Shown here: piece after piece, positions 1-13,700 of the stretch | Layout: each line of letters starts with the position of its first letter | Numbering within the stretch: the stretch's first letter is position 1 | Notes under the pieces: model-generated | What the model was told of the DNA's origin: nothing | Seen by the model: only the letters and a program-made list of their open reading frames with translations | Database searches by the model: none | Made by a program: the position numbers and the translations under genes | Source of the DNA: Raillietiella orientalis | Taxonomy: Eukaryota | Length of the DNA stretch: 64,000 nucleotides | Assembly (NCBI GenBank): GCA_036172245.1 | Contig: JAYWIR010000041.1 | Span: 248,001-312,000, forward strand | Reading direction: 5' to 3'

Positions 1-590
1 TTTACGAAGTGTTTCATCGCCTAAGTTCGTGAAATAATTGAAGAAGGTGGATTACAGATGCACGAGACTTTCATATGAGATTTTCTTTTAAATACATTGG
101 AGTTTCGAAGTTTCCTCATCTGACAAGCGGTGGAAAAAATTTGTTGAAAACAACAAGGAGGTCACAGTTCCAAAATATGAACAAATATCCACAACATAGT
201 GACAAAATTTCGGTTCTCTTCAACACATTTCCACACTTAGCGTTCATGTCACATAAGATTGTTAAGTTCCTTCTCATTTCCTCATTTCCTTAAATCTTTT
301 CAAAGATACACCAATATGTCCAAGCTGGAACTTTTCTACAGTTATGGACATCTATTCCTTTGTTCAGCTGGTCTATAGGACTTCGATGGCTGCTGCAGTT
401 TGCGCCTTGAGGACGTTCATTCTTATCATAGTGCACCTCGTGAAAAAGACAATCGTATCATGGGATTGTACACAGAAAGGATCCCTTCCCCTACAAATAA
501 TCAACTCAGGATCTCCATTTCGTTTTCTCCTGCAGTGTTGTTACCTGTCTCAACACTTTTCAATCCTGAAACAGCACCGGACAGGGTGGA
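1..590 (+). mobile_element. Degenerate LINE ORF2 C-terminal fragment (tentative)
   Basis: IEEGGL near 40-57 resembles the post-RT GGL motif; many stops and frameshifts; weak. Confidence 0.35.
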
Positions 591-3500
591 CATGAGTGAA
601 GTTGAGTTTCCATTTCTCCACACTGACCACAGAGCTCGTCCTGAGGACTTTCCGTTCGGCGATGCTGTCGCATGCCACACAGAATACCTTCTGAGAAAAC
701 ATCTAGTGATCATCCTGGATTTCTTGAGGCAAATGGGTCTTCCATGTCGTGACTCCATTGTCTTTTATTAGCTAGATTTTCTCAAATCGAGGGAAGATAA
801 CAGCGAGTACCTCTTTATGGGTATGACTTCGGGGAGTGCATTTTTTTATGTTGTTTGCTTATACCATGATGCATACGTAAGTCTGATTGCACCAGAGATC
901 CCAGCTCTTAAAAATGAAGCATTCCTTATTCCTTGAGTGCACTGGAGCAGTCGCATCTCATAGAGGTTTCCACTCGTTGCAGACGGTTCACAGTGCTTAA
1001 ATTCCGGTTCTTACCTTCGGTGGATCCAGTGTTCTGTTAAGAATGAATTGGGCAGGAATTAGGGAATCACCAGATCTAGTTCTTACTCCTAAAACTCTTT
1101 GCTTTGGAGAGCCACTCCCATCCGTGTCAGAGAGACCCCCGTATACAGCCGGCAGAATCCAGTCCATTTCAGCTATTGTTTCCTTGGCCACGTGAAATTG
1201 ATTTTTACGCTCTGATCTGTCTTCTTTTACTAATGATAACATGAGGTCGCTCAAACTGTTCAACTTAGAGTAGACCTAGCGAGCAGCGCTGGATGCAACT
1301 CAGCTATCTTGGTTATTAGAAGTTGCCAAGCGACCAGAAGATGGATTGAGTGTTTTGCGGTCCTCATCCCGATGCCAAATCCCTTCCTTGAGAGACATAT
1401 ATGCTTGAGAATTATTCTCGTTCTACATTCCTTCTATAGAGGACTCCACTGAATCACAGAAGTCTGCTTTTTCTGGTTCAGTGGCTAGAAGGCTGGTACG
1501 AAGAGAACCTTGAGAAGCAGGACTTTGTTCCAAAAGTTAGCTTGGTATATCAAACAAGAGTCGGACAGGTCTTATTTGGTGGTTTATTCTTCAGTTTTGC
1601 CCAGTATTGCTCTCCACATCCTGGGTGCCGAGGAGTTTCCAATGTGGATTTCCAAGTATTCGATATCGTTAAGCAAACGTAATTCCTTTGCAGTTAAGGC
1701 ACTGATGTCCTTGATCCCTATGGTCAGTAGTTTGGACTTTTTAACCTTGATTACTGTGCCCAGTCCATCTTGCATGGACCTTGTTATTTTCAGAAATTCA
1801 CGTTAATCCGCATCATACTTTCTGAAGAAGAAGGGACAATCTGAGAAGGTTGGATGGATTAGTCTTTAACTGTCCGTTTTGATTTCTATGAAACGATTCC
1901 CCTAATAAATTCATCACTCTTGACGTCTCTTCAGTTTAGAGTACGAACAGCATTGGACTCAGGGAGTCCAATGCTGTTCCTAATCTTCCGTTCTGATCGA
2001 AGCTTTCCGAATTTCTGGCCTTCTTGATCTGGTTGTTAAAGTATGCTTCCCTCAGAGAGAATTCTACGCACTCGCAGAAATGGCTTGAAAAATCCAATTC
2101 TATTAAGATGCTGCCGATTATTTCGTAATCCAAGATGTCGAACACTTTCTCCATGTCTGTGAAGCCCAGCACCAGGTCCTTACCGATATACACATACTAT
2201 AACCGATGCTTGTTTGGGCACAGCTGATGTTGCCAGGCATGCGATGGCCGAGAACCTCTCATGTCTGCATGGAGAGATTGACCTTTTCCACGATGCTTTG
2301 CAAGCGGTCGTCCCAGATCTTTTCCATCCGCTGAGCGTCGGTGTTCAGGATGGAGATTAGTCACCACTAACTTGTCCTGGTCAGTCCTCTCCCTTCGGCA
2401 ACAATCTCATCCTGTTTCTGTGGAACGAGGCTAAGATTATCCTTCTTTGATCTGGGGGTGAGCCCATGAAGCAGACGCAGGCAAGCTTACGCTGATATTG
2501 AAAGATGGGCACATTATCAGATCCCGCTGCCACATCTTTTTTCAGTCTCGTGATAACACTTTCGATTTCCTGTACAGTGAATTCTGTCATCCTTCTTCGC
2601 TGGTGCCGGTGCATCCTCTGATGAAGGTAGAGTAGGATGGATTGCTCTTTCCAGCTCAGTATTTTTCGTCCGAATTGGTGAGTGTAGTGGTGCTTCGAAA
2701 TATCCAATATTCCTTCCGAAGTTTGACGGAATTGTTGTCCGTAGTGGATGCCGAAGATTTCGGAAGCAATATTCCTCTTCTCCAGCCCACCAATCTGCTT
2801 TCATGTAATCGCGTACCTTCTCTGATCTTGGTTCCATTTTGTTAGGTAGAAATGACCCTATATGTTTAGCATGTGCTGTGTTTCCGTTGTCATGTTCTTG
2901 TATGCGTACTGAATGCTGCTAAACAGGTGTATTGTGTGCGTCAATCTTTCCCAGTCACTGACTCTATGGATAGCGGTATTTCTCAGTATCTCCTCGATGA
3001 CTTCCTCATCGCAGGAATAATCTTCGAACCAGGCGGGTATGGTGATGGGCACTGCCCTCATCCTGGATCCCCTCAGAGGATCTTGTATCTGGATTGTGAA
3101 GTGCAGCTGAAGATGATCCGAGAGAAGGGTGTAGGTATCCCAAAATTCCTGCAGACTGTGTTGTTGTTTTTTTCCTTATATAGAACTTGGTTGATCAGGG
3201 TGTGGCTCGCCGTCAGCCGTTGCATCCCGTGTTTCTCAAACGGTTCCCAATAACTTGATATTCCACAGGCATCGCTGACTACAGACTCTGTGCTGAATGT
3301 CTAGGTCACCAGCGAAGGTGACGAAGCCTTAGGAATGTTTTTGCTCCGGATAGTGACTGTAGAGGTTCCTCACATCGATGTTTCTTCCCCTGAGATCCGT
3401 GCACGTTTAACAGGAATCGGTGAACTGATTCTTGTGATGAGGCCTTTACAAGCGGAGAACGTCTCTAGGATGGTGTGCGGCAACTCGTTCATCATGAGAA

Positions 3501-4300
3501 GTGCCACTGCTTTCCTGTGCGTGTCATGCCGTCATTGACGAACGGCTGAGCGTCCAGGCGGTTTTTGAAGCTCCTAATCGATCTTTTGGATCTCACAGAT
3601 CTTTTGCGTTGGATTGCCTGGAGGTGGATTATATGATCATATAATAATAGAATCACCGCCCTCTGTTTCTCCTTGTTCGAACAGCCGTTGATGCTCTAGG
3701 AGGCTCCTCTTATACTCTTGGTTGTCGAGAAGGACATGACCATACTGTTTGGCTTGTTGGTCTTTTCCCTATTTGGGAGCTTGTTTTTTTCGGATCTCAA
3801 AGCTTTCCTTATTTAGGCAAGCGCGGCTCATATTCACTGTTGCACTAGACACAGTTCGTACTCTCAGAGATTTGTTGTTTGCTGTTGTGACCCAGTGATT
3901 CGATCATCGTTGTTGTTTCTGTCTCTGGGAGCCTTTCTGTGTCTTTCTTTGTCTGGTAGCACTAATGTCGTTTTCCGATTTCATCCCCCAGCCAGTTACG
4001 GTGTTCGTCTCTGGTGACATTCCGCGAGATCCTAACTTGCAGATCATCAATTCGGAGGATGTTTCCTCGCATTGCTGGGCGGACTCTTCTCCGTTTTGTT
4101 TTTCTTCTTGCTCAAGCAATCGAATGTGTCCTATTTCCTCGCTAATGGAGTGTCTTTCTAGTTGCATGTGTCTCAACTGGAGTTTCGAGTTGTTTCTTGT
4201 GCCTTCCCCTTCCCCCCCGCTTCATGCTTTCCATTTCGAGAATCCGTGTCCGTGGTCATGTTCTCTGTCGGTGGCTATTTTCTTCAAGCTTGGTTAAATT
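590..4300 (-). mobile_element. Degenerate L1/Tx1-like non-LTR retrotransposon, ORF2 (APE-RT) pseudogene
   Basis: Minus-strand frames give FTVQEIESVITRLKKDVAAGSDNVP, RLLPKGED, ISILNTD, DMEKVFDIL, LSPMLFVL and GTVIKVKKSKLL..IEYLEIHI in the canonical RT order, broken by stops and frameshifts. Confidence 0.85.
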
Positions 4301-4449
4301 TTTGACAACATATATGTTTCGTGAAAGAATTCACTACATCACAATCTGTAATTTTTATAAGACGATGATGAGAATTGAAAGAAATGCTTCAAGAAATTTT
4401 CAAAAACGAATGTTCGCGGTCTTTATACGTCATTCGGAATGTTATAACA

Positions 4450-6900
4450 GAAATGCAACAACCATAACATATTCATGCGACTCACAGTTCATTAATTTCA
4501 GAATCCAGAATAAAATTGTTTCTCAGCCCGAGGAAGAATTCCTGCTTCACCTGCCCAACCATTAGGTTAGTTGGTCTCCTCGACTTGCCTCTGCACCGAC
4601 GAAAGAATCGCTGAAGGATGATGTGAAGGAACCAATGAGTTTTCTTCCTTAAACGAGAATTCCACGCGCAAAAGACGAAGAGGAATACAATTTCTGGAGA
4701 GGAGGCAGCACGATCAAATCCTGAAATCCAACCTTAGTAATCAATCATCTCTCCGCTGGATCCCATTTTCAGATCGAGCAAACTTTGTTATCCCCGACTT
4801 GTTCTCCTCAATAACTTCAAACGTATTGTGTGTCAGTGTTCCAGAAACGTTCGTGCTTTCGTATCGCCGCAGTTCGACTTCGTAAACCAAAAAGCAAGGG
4901 AAGGATTCACATGTGAGGCACAATCATCCATCCCTCTCTGGAGTGTTAAGGCTGATCCAAAACGAATTCAACAAAAGTCCGAGGGATGTAAATTTTTCGT
5001 GATGGGCTGTTCACCGCCGTGGCTGAGCACATCCTCGTGGAATTTGCGTGCTCGTTTCTCTTGTGCAAAGTTTGTTTCTACTCGGACAGGACTGAATAGG
5101 ACCAGCAAGACCGAGTCGCTACCGGAATTTCGGCTCCTGAGCCCCACTCCTCCTTTTGCAATCTGCAACGATCACATTTGAGCAGACTCGTTCTCATCGA
5201 CATGTAGTTGCAAGCAGCGTGCACTTGGTAAGGCATGCCTCTTGGAAGAAGGAAACTCTTTAGGGGAAGGAAACTTTAGGGACACAAATCTGAAATTCGG
5301 TCAGCTGGGAATGAAGTGAATTTAGGCTTCAGTGGGTGATCGGACCAAACGTTGGACATCAGACTGTTCATGAAGCTGGACGCTTGGCAAGAGCCACTCC
5401 TCTTGGCCTTCATGACAAATGCTGCCATCTGTTCTTCCTCCCCTCCTCCCTCCCAACGAAAGTGTGCCGCATTTTCGCGTCTCAATGTTTCCGTTTAAGA
5501 GATTCTCATTCCCAAATGCGCAGCCTCCGCCAGTTTCCGAATGTCTTCAGGACTGGGCGCTATTCTTCCTGTCTCTCAGATCATACCTGAAGAGTAGGAA
5601 GCAAGTGTGGATGCACTTGCTTCTCTAATAAATTCTGGATGCCTGCGTTCACTCACGACGACGCGCATCGATAATGACAGCCTCTCTCGAGTCCAGCTGC
5701 AGTATCACAGCCGTCAGCACAAAGAATGTTGCCGCGGCCATGTGTGCAGCACCCAGAAAAAGACAATTGTTGGAAACGACAACACTCATGGAAGCCACCT
5801 TCTGAAGACCCAGAAGAGGCTCCGGCAGGAGCACGTGATAGGTCTTCTGTTCACTTGTCGCAATTTCGAAGAGCTCCAGTGGCCATCAACAGCGCTGCGA
5901 ACAGAGAAAGAAGGAGTTTGTCGGAGGAGGATGTCGACGTTGAGCAGTTCGGAGAAGTACAACGAGTCGCGATCGATGAACGGTAGGTTGGGATTCTGCG
6001 ATGGAAGGCTATTGGCTCCGGGTGCTCCGGAACCTTTGTGTCACACCAAGAAACGCGTGTTTCGCACCTCTAGCTCCAGGTGTGAGCAGAGCCTCGGTAC
6101 TGCTCAGTGTGGAAAAGAGAAGAAAAGTAACAGTTTACGGATCCAGAAAGAAGGCACGAGAAACCCAGGATAAGTCCGGAGGAACTTGTCTTTCAACAGT
6201 AAGTAATGAGAGAGATGCCATGCTTTACTTTTACTGCCCTGTGCGCCCGCGTCATCGTCTTGAGTAGCGGGCAACTTGGTTAGCATAAATGGTGATGTCG
6301 TTGGCGTGGTTCATGTGGCACATAGTCGGAAGTTGTGATCAGCGCGGTCGGTAGCTTAAGAACAAGGCCTCGTTAAGTGTGTAGGTGTGTCGCTCGTCCG
6401 GGAACGCAAGTGCTTCCGCAGCTCATTGGCTAACGGCTACACATTGCAGCGGCTAGTGTTACGCCACGATTGGTCAGCGCTGAAAGAAAGGTGTGGCGAT
6501 CGCAAAAGCAGGGGAAGCATCCATGGTTGTGGCACCACGCCATGCGTGCTTCCGGCATTCTTCGTCGAGTCATCTATTCCTTTCCTGATGTTCTCACCTA
6601 CTCTTCTTGCTCATGTTGCATCCATTGATCAGAGAATGCTGCACGTGAACATGACCTCGAATCTCTTGCGAAAGCTGTGCTTCGCTCAGACCAGGAGAGC
6701 TTGCCCGCATGGTTTGCTCGATAATTGCTGCTTTCATTTGAGACTAAGAGAGAAACTGGTTGTCCTATGGAAAGCCAGCAAATCCGGTTGTTGCCAGAAG
6801 CAGGACCATCACCTATGCGAGTGTCGACATGCTGGGCGCCAAACGAGAAACGAGGACGAACTGAGCACAAAGAGAGAAACCACAAGAACGAAAGAAAAAC
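4450..6900 (-). mobile_element. Degenerate LINE RT region (second element)
   Basis: Minus strand in order: YPGFLVPSFW (PGxDG-like), PTYRS (YRP), QKTYHV..LFWVF (KAYD), GLERGC (RQGC), HLGMRIS*TET, AKGGVGL. Confidence 0.7.
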
Positions 6901-8645
6901 AAAAAGAAAAAAGCTTTCTCGGATGTACGATAGTGAACGAAAAACGAGGCTGGGTTCAAGATAGAGAAGCTGAGCTCACGGATTTGGTGTTAACAAAGAC
7001 GACTGATCCTTTCCGACGCTTGATAAGCTTCGATTGAGAGACAGCCTGGTGGGACAAGAAATCTCCAAACCTTAGGCAGCAGAACGTGCTCGGAAGCGTT
7101 GCTGTGGGAGGTGCGCTTTTTTTTTTTTTTTCGTCGGCAAAATGTGCCGACATCCAGTGGTTGCGAACCCGTTTGCAAGCTAAATATTGTTAATAAAAAA
7201 AAAAAAAAATCTGTCTTCCGGCATCGTCTCTGGAACAGTGAACAGGAATGCTGAGATGGATGCGGTGTGATTAGGGCGGGCAGAGTGTTTTCGGCATGCT
7301 GGTGCGGCGGCGATCAAGGCACCTGTGACATGGAGAAGATGCAGAGCCTGTGAGCCGAGGGTGCTTGACATTTTTTTCGTTGGGGATGGATCGGATTCGA
7401 ATGACTAATGTGAGTGTAATGCAACCACTAGCGGACGGAGAGTAACTTAGCGGGCAGTCGAGTGAGAGAGAAGCAGTCAACGCTTATTCGACTGCCGCCT
7501 ACGATAAGTGATGCAAGAGGAGAAGACAACGGCGAAAGCAGTGGTCGGCTCACCCAACTTATCGAACGACATGTTGAATTTAAAAGATACTTGGATTTAG
7601 AAAAAAGAAAACTTAAAAGCGATATAAACTAGAAATTCTCGTAGCTCTTTTTTGACGTAGAATCGAGCCCTTGGTTGTAATGCTTGTCTTCAGCTTGTAA
7701 ATGCAAGGATGCGCCACTATTCAAAACATCAGGGTTACACCTGTATTACATACTTGTATTTTTCACTTATCGGTAGAAATAGTAAATTCTATAGAATGCA
7801 ATGACATACATATGTAACAGCATCGTAGCAATTCATAGTCAGAAAAATCAAATGATTTCACTCAACTGTGGCTACGGCTGGGCTTTCGAAATTTGCGTAT
7901 CAAGGTGGAGATAAGTTCTTTTCTGCTTTTCCATATAAAAGGATACTTCATTCCTTTCAGGATTGAGAAAATCATATTCACAATACAGCAAATTAAGAAA
8001 GAATTCAAACAATACTACTGGATGATATAATGAAATTTTATATAACCTGTATAACAAAGACAGTAATAATTTACCATAACACGTAGTTATATTTCTGAAG
8101 AATGCTGGGAAACTTCAGCAAATAAGGATCTTTTCGTTTAACATTGACATAAGTTCCATTTCGTACTGATATTTAAAAACAGCAGTCGACAAACATTGCC
8201 ATTTTTGTGATTGCACGATAGTTTGAAGGCATTTTATTCTTATGCAATTTACATTCAAGAATGAAAATTCTTTCCAATCTATTTAACGAAATGAAACAAC
8301 TTAGAATATATAACTGAGCTGGAATAAGAGGCAGTAATATTTTAGAAGGCAACTCTCGCAGGTATAATCGCAGGTAATCTTCCTTATCGGATTAGTGTTC
8401 AGTATTCTCTAGATTATAGATTGAGTTGGTCAGTATTTCCATGAAAATACCTTTCGTTAATTAAAGTTATAATGGATAACGCGTAGCAACAGCAGATAAT
8501 CTTGCAATATATTCATTACTTCATGCCATGGTAATTTGAGCCAAAGAAACATTGGAAATGCGTAACGTCCGTGAAGATTTGGAAAACGGATTGTAATCTG
8601 AAACGAATATATGTCCACGTGTGTGTACATGTATGTACAAATTAG

Positions 8646-8685
8646 AAACTACACCTTGATCTTAGGTAAAAGGCCGAGAAGCGAT
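8646..8685 (-). pseudogene. U2: 5' fragment (~40 nt) of U2 snRNA, retroposed, with target-site duplication
   Basis: Reverse complement ATCGCTTCTCGGCCTTTTACCTAAGATCAAGGTGTAGT matches the U2 5' end (ATCGCTTCTCGGCCTTTTGGCTAAGATCAA(A)GTGTAGT); flanked by direct repeat attagaaacta at 8641-8651 and 8684-8694. Confidence 0.85.
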
Positions 8686-10746
8686 TAGAAACTATGTGGA
8701 TCTCTTGTATTAAAGATTATACCGAACTCATCATATCTATGAGAGAAAATGGAAGATACCTCATGACTCAGCTATTCATTGTCTTTGACTGATTTCGTTC
8801 TCATTATCTTTAATAACTCAGATAATTTCGTACTTTAGTTGTGAACTTTAACAATGGTTTTGTTTTCCTACCTAAACAATACAGAATATGTGGTTATCAA
8901 CAAACGAATATGCAATTGTCCGATATGCAACTATTTTTCATACAGCAATGGTAGTCAGCATTCTCTTTCTTTTTGATTTTACGGAAATTACTTGTTTTGA
9001 AAGTAGATAATTTATGAAAATTCCATTCCTAAAATAATTGCTAGCTATTTTTTAAATGATTAATTGAACGAAGGTTCATGGTCATTCTCAGCTGTTTTTT
9101 GTTTGAGTGCCAGCTGTTACTTTCGCAGAATCCCATTAATACAATCATTCCGTTGTAATTTTTTCGTTAAAAAATAATAATAATGATAATTTTTCCATAA
9201 TAATAATAAGCATTATATATTATTATTTTTTATCACTAGCATCTCTGTACGATCCGCTACTTTAAAAATTCCTTGGCTAAACACCACCTCTGCAAGTTTT
9301 GTGAAACAGAATGCAGTGCTTGGCAATCATCCAAATGTTTTGAGTTCATTGTGTTTATTGCTGTGCAGTACTTATGCATTTACCGTAACACATAGACATG
9401 GCGTAAAAAGAGGATAAATGTGGTCGTAATTAGTGTAAACAATAATTTCGAAACCAGATTTTCTCCCGCGAATTATTTGCCCAAGCCATAGGCTTCATTG
9501 TTATAAATGGAAACACGTACCCATAAATTCAAGCATTAACATTCTATAATATTGTATTAAAGATATTTTGTGTATATTGTTTCAGGAGTTTCAAAATATG
9601 GATTGTGATTATTATTATGTAGTAAAATTATAATTTTGGAATCTTGCTATTTTAAGCAGTGCTTGCATATGTTTTTTGCTTGCAGCACTGGAAAAAGTAA
9701 CATAAACTTGTTAAGATGCTTCTGTTTAGTTTATAAAAATGTTTGAAAAACCATGAAACCAATGACTCGTTTATTTATAGCACCGTACCATGTGTTCAAT
9801 AAACCTAAAAGTAAAGCATTTCAGTATTTTCCCGATTTTGTTTTCGTGAAACATTCAATTCTAAAATATTCGATTTATTATTTGTGTAATTGGATTGCCT
9901 ATCAATGGGATGTCGAAAAACTTGTGCAGTGTGCACAGGACTTAATCCAGAATTTGTTTTTTTATGTGGCATTTTTGCAACAGAGAACTTTGTTTCCCAC
10001 TCTTGATTTAAATTAACTGCAGTATGTCTACTGCTTTGTATTTATTATTTGTTATTTTTTGTGTTGGTGTGTGTGTGTTTTTTTTCAACCCAGTATGATA
10101 AGTTGTGTTGCAGAGATCAACGTTTTTCTTTCCTCAGATTCTCAAATTTATAGTGAGTGTGGTGTTTATTACAATTGCTTTTAGTAGACTGAGTTTATGT
10201 TTTGCATAAGAGGACCCTATTTTATGTGAAATAGAGTCACTTTTATGTATTTAATACGGTATCATGAAGAAGTTATAAGTGACATTGTGCATACTGTATT
10301 ATGCATGGTAGGGTAATCATGTAATGTGATCTATGTTACCTTCTTGCAGTGCAGAGTGCAGAATGTAATGTGCTACTTGCAATATGATAGCATGGTAAAT
10401 GCTATATAGTCTTCACAGTAAATTCAATTTTTGTTTTCTGTGATTTGTCTTATGAATATAAGAATACTAATAAAATAATTGGGAATTATAAATTACGGGG
10501 AAAAGTTAAAAATTGGAAAGGAAGCAAATAAAAATATGGTAATGTTTAATTTTTTTTTCAGTTTATGTATTATATTTTCTCACATAATTATAAAAGTCAG
10601 TCTGTATCTAGATGGGAGTCTCTGCAATGTCTGCATAATGGATGTGATGATCAGTAGAGAATTTAGTATTTTGTGGATCAAATCATCAAATATCATGATT
10701 GAGCATTAGTGCAATAATGTACACAGTCTTTCATTTCTGTTTTGAA

Positions 10747-13700
10747 ATGAGCTCTTGGATATATGTTGCATTCATCCTTGCTTCCAGTGACTGTAAAATG
10801 GTATATGAAAATCTCGAAGGAATGGTTCTAGCACCAGAAATGGCTGATTTAAATGCTCATTATGGGTATCAGTCTTCACAAAAATTTGATCCTAAAGGAA
10901 TGGATTATGTGTATGCCATAACAAATTATTTCCTGTCAATATTCACACCTCAGAAGACTTATCCTGCAATCTATAGTAAGCACATTAAAATTAACTGAGA
11001 AAAGTTAATATTTTTACATGGTGCATGTAGTGTATTTTAATTTAAGGTGGTGTACACTTGTGTTTTCATGTATTTCAAATTTTAATCTAGTTTTTTGTTA
11101 AATTTAGATTAAGGTAATAAGAGCATATTAAAGCTTTGTTGCACCCAAAGGTTGGATCAGTTAGTTATTTCCTATTTCAAGAAGTACATGAAAGCAAAAA
11201 TAGGGCAAAAATGAAATTGTCAAAAGAAAATAGGTTTTAGGTTACTGGATTTGAAAACTTGGGCATTGTTTATCCATTATTACTGATCCTTTATTTATAC
11301 ATATGGATTTTTTATTTGTTAATTTATGTATAATTAATAGTTAATTTAATTGTTTAAGTGGTGAATTAAAGCACTTTAAAGAATTTGAGTGTTCTTCAGT
11401 GCTGTTGGAGTGCAGTTTTTTACTTTGGTACTTATCTGATATCTTCCCTGATTCATATTTGTGTTCACCATTTTCTATGCATACTGCAACAGATAACAAA
11501 CCTGAAATTAATATCTAATATTAATAGATAACAATTTCACATTTCTGTGTGATTTCAAGTGCGTACTAATATGTACAGACATCATATGTTCTTATGGGAA
11601 AATTCACTGAGAAAATTCTGGTATATTTAGTGAGGCAAAATGTACTTAAATGAGATGTTTTTTTCATAATTTTCTTGGGTTTACATTGGTGATAGTTAAA
11701 AAGCATTGAATTAAAATTCGAGATTTGCAAGCAACACAAGCACGAAGGTTAAAATCCTTTGTACATTTATTTTGCAAACTGGCTTTTGGACAAAAGCTTA
11801 GATTTGTAATTTGAAAGATAGATTATAGTTGAAATTAAAACATTAACAGTGACATATTACAACATTGCTTATGTATTGTGCAGAAGTTATATTTTTTTTC
11901 CAAATTTTAATCATTATATCTATATGGAAAACTGTTGTCAAGTTTACAGTAGCAGAAATATGACTTTATTTTATCCCATGTATTTCGAGTTAAAGTTGTG
12001 ATTCATTGACTCGGTATGCTTTGAAAATTGAAGTAAATTACGGATTTAAGTAAAAATTATGTCATGGAAAATTTTCAAGTAGAACAGTGGGAATCAAGCC
12101 CAGAATCATCACCACAGATTGTGCAAAAATTAATCAGATTATAAGATCATAATGTGCTAAGCTATAACAAAGTATTATCGAATTTTGTATTTCAACTGAT
12201 ATAGTTTGCAACTTTAACAGCAATTGATTTGCTTTGTTTTATGCATCCCAAAATGAAAATTGTTTCTGGATTATGAAATTGATAGTTACTTGTGATATAA
12301 AACTTAATTTTAATTCATTTAACTAATTAGATATTGGATCAGTTGTTAAATAATGAACTAATGCAGTTATTTTAGAATGTGTATTAAAAATGCACTGTTT
12401 CCTTTGTTCTGTCTGTTTGTTATTGCTGTTATTGGCTTTGTTTTTTGTTCTATATATTTTATAAATAGAATATATATTCTAGCATTTTCAGTTATTTAAA
12501 AAAGTATGCCACTTAAATCAGTTTACTCATTTTATTGTGGTCAAACATGTTTAACTTAGTAAAATTTTGTACAATTGTTGATTATTCCTTTCATGTGTTG
12601 CTTTTGTTATTACATATTGCCACATTCCAGGTTTTGTTAACATCACAACAGATGGAAAAGTATTGTTTGAAAAAGATTGGAATGAATACAGGAAACTTCT
12701 TTTCTATTATGTTGGTGTGTTTGTGTTGTCAGTATTAGGATTATGTTTATCAATATCATTGTTCATGTGTGGTTGGGTGTTTCTCTGCTGTCGATGTGCT
12801 GGAAAATGTGGTCGTAAAGCAAGACATGTTAGAGAAAACACATCTAATTTCGTTAAAGCATTGCTTATTGTACTTGTAACTGTAATTGCAGTGATATCTT
12901 TGTAAGTAAGTCGCAGTAATATTAGCATTATTTTATTTGATTCTCCAGATTTGGTATGGTAAGCGCATTTATAACAAATCAGTATTCATATGAAGGATTT
13001 AATGAACTCTTGAATTCCTTGGATAGTGGTGTATATGATACTAAACTGTATCTGCAAAATATAAAATATGTGAGTTCCATTTCCTATGATAATCTTTCTA
13101 TTTAGTTTTCTATACCCACCAGGAAATTAACAAACTTCTTGTTGATGATCACAAAACTTTTGAAGAAGATCTTTTTTACATTCTGGATAGTAAGTCATAA
13201 TTTTTTTTTTCTTTTGTAAATTTATTCCAGCATAATGTCATAATAAATCAGAATGTTCTTTCTGTTTAATTCTATGAACAATAATTATTCCAATTAGGCA
13301 CAGGAAAAATAATTAAGAATCGTCTAGCAAATGTAACAGAGGCCCAAGCAGTCCATAATCTGACCAATATAGTTCTCAGCCTGGAAAAAATGGAAACACA
13401 TTTAAGAACAATTGATGTCCTCACACGGTCTTTGAAGGAAAATAGTAATCAGCTGGATTCATGTAATTATTTGAAACTTCATTTACATGACTTGATTGTA
13501 TTTTTGCAGCTTTGGCATCAGCTCATGAAAGATTGACGCATATCTTTTACGAACACTGTGTAAAAAAAAATTGCACTGATCTGATTAACAACTACCGAAA
13601 CTTATCAAACGTTCATTTGGAAAAGAACTTTAAGCAGGTTTGCATGTTTCAAAATTTATTTTATCATACTAAAAATTCCTATTATTACTGCTATCAGTGG

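Noticed and set aside
4500..6450. Plus-strand resemblance to rhabdovirus L (SSITSNVLCVS, HPSL, KKTIVG)
   Set aside because: The minus strand carries a coherent LINE RT motif series, so the plus-strand matches are treated as chance.
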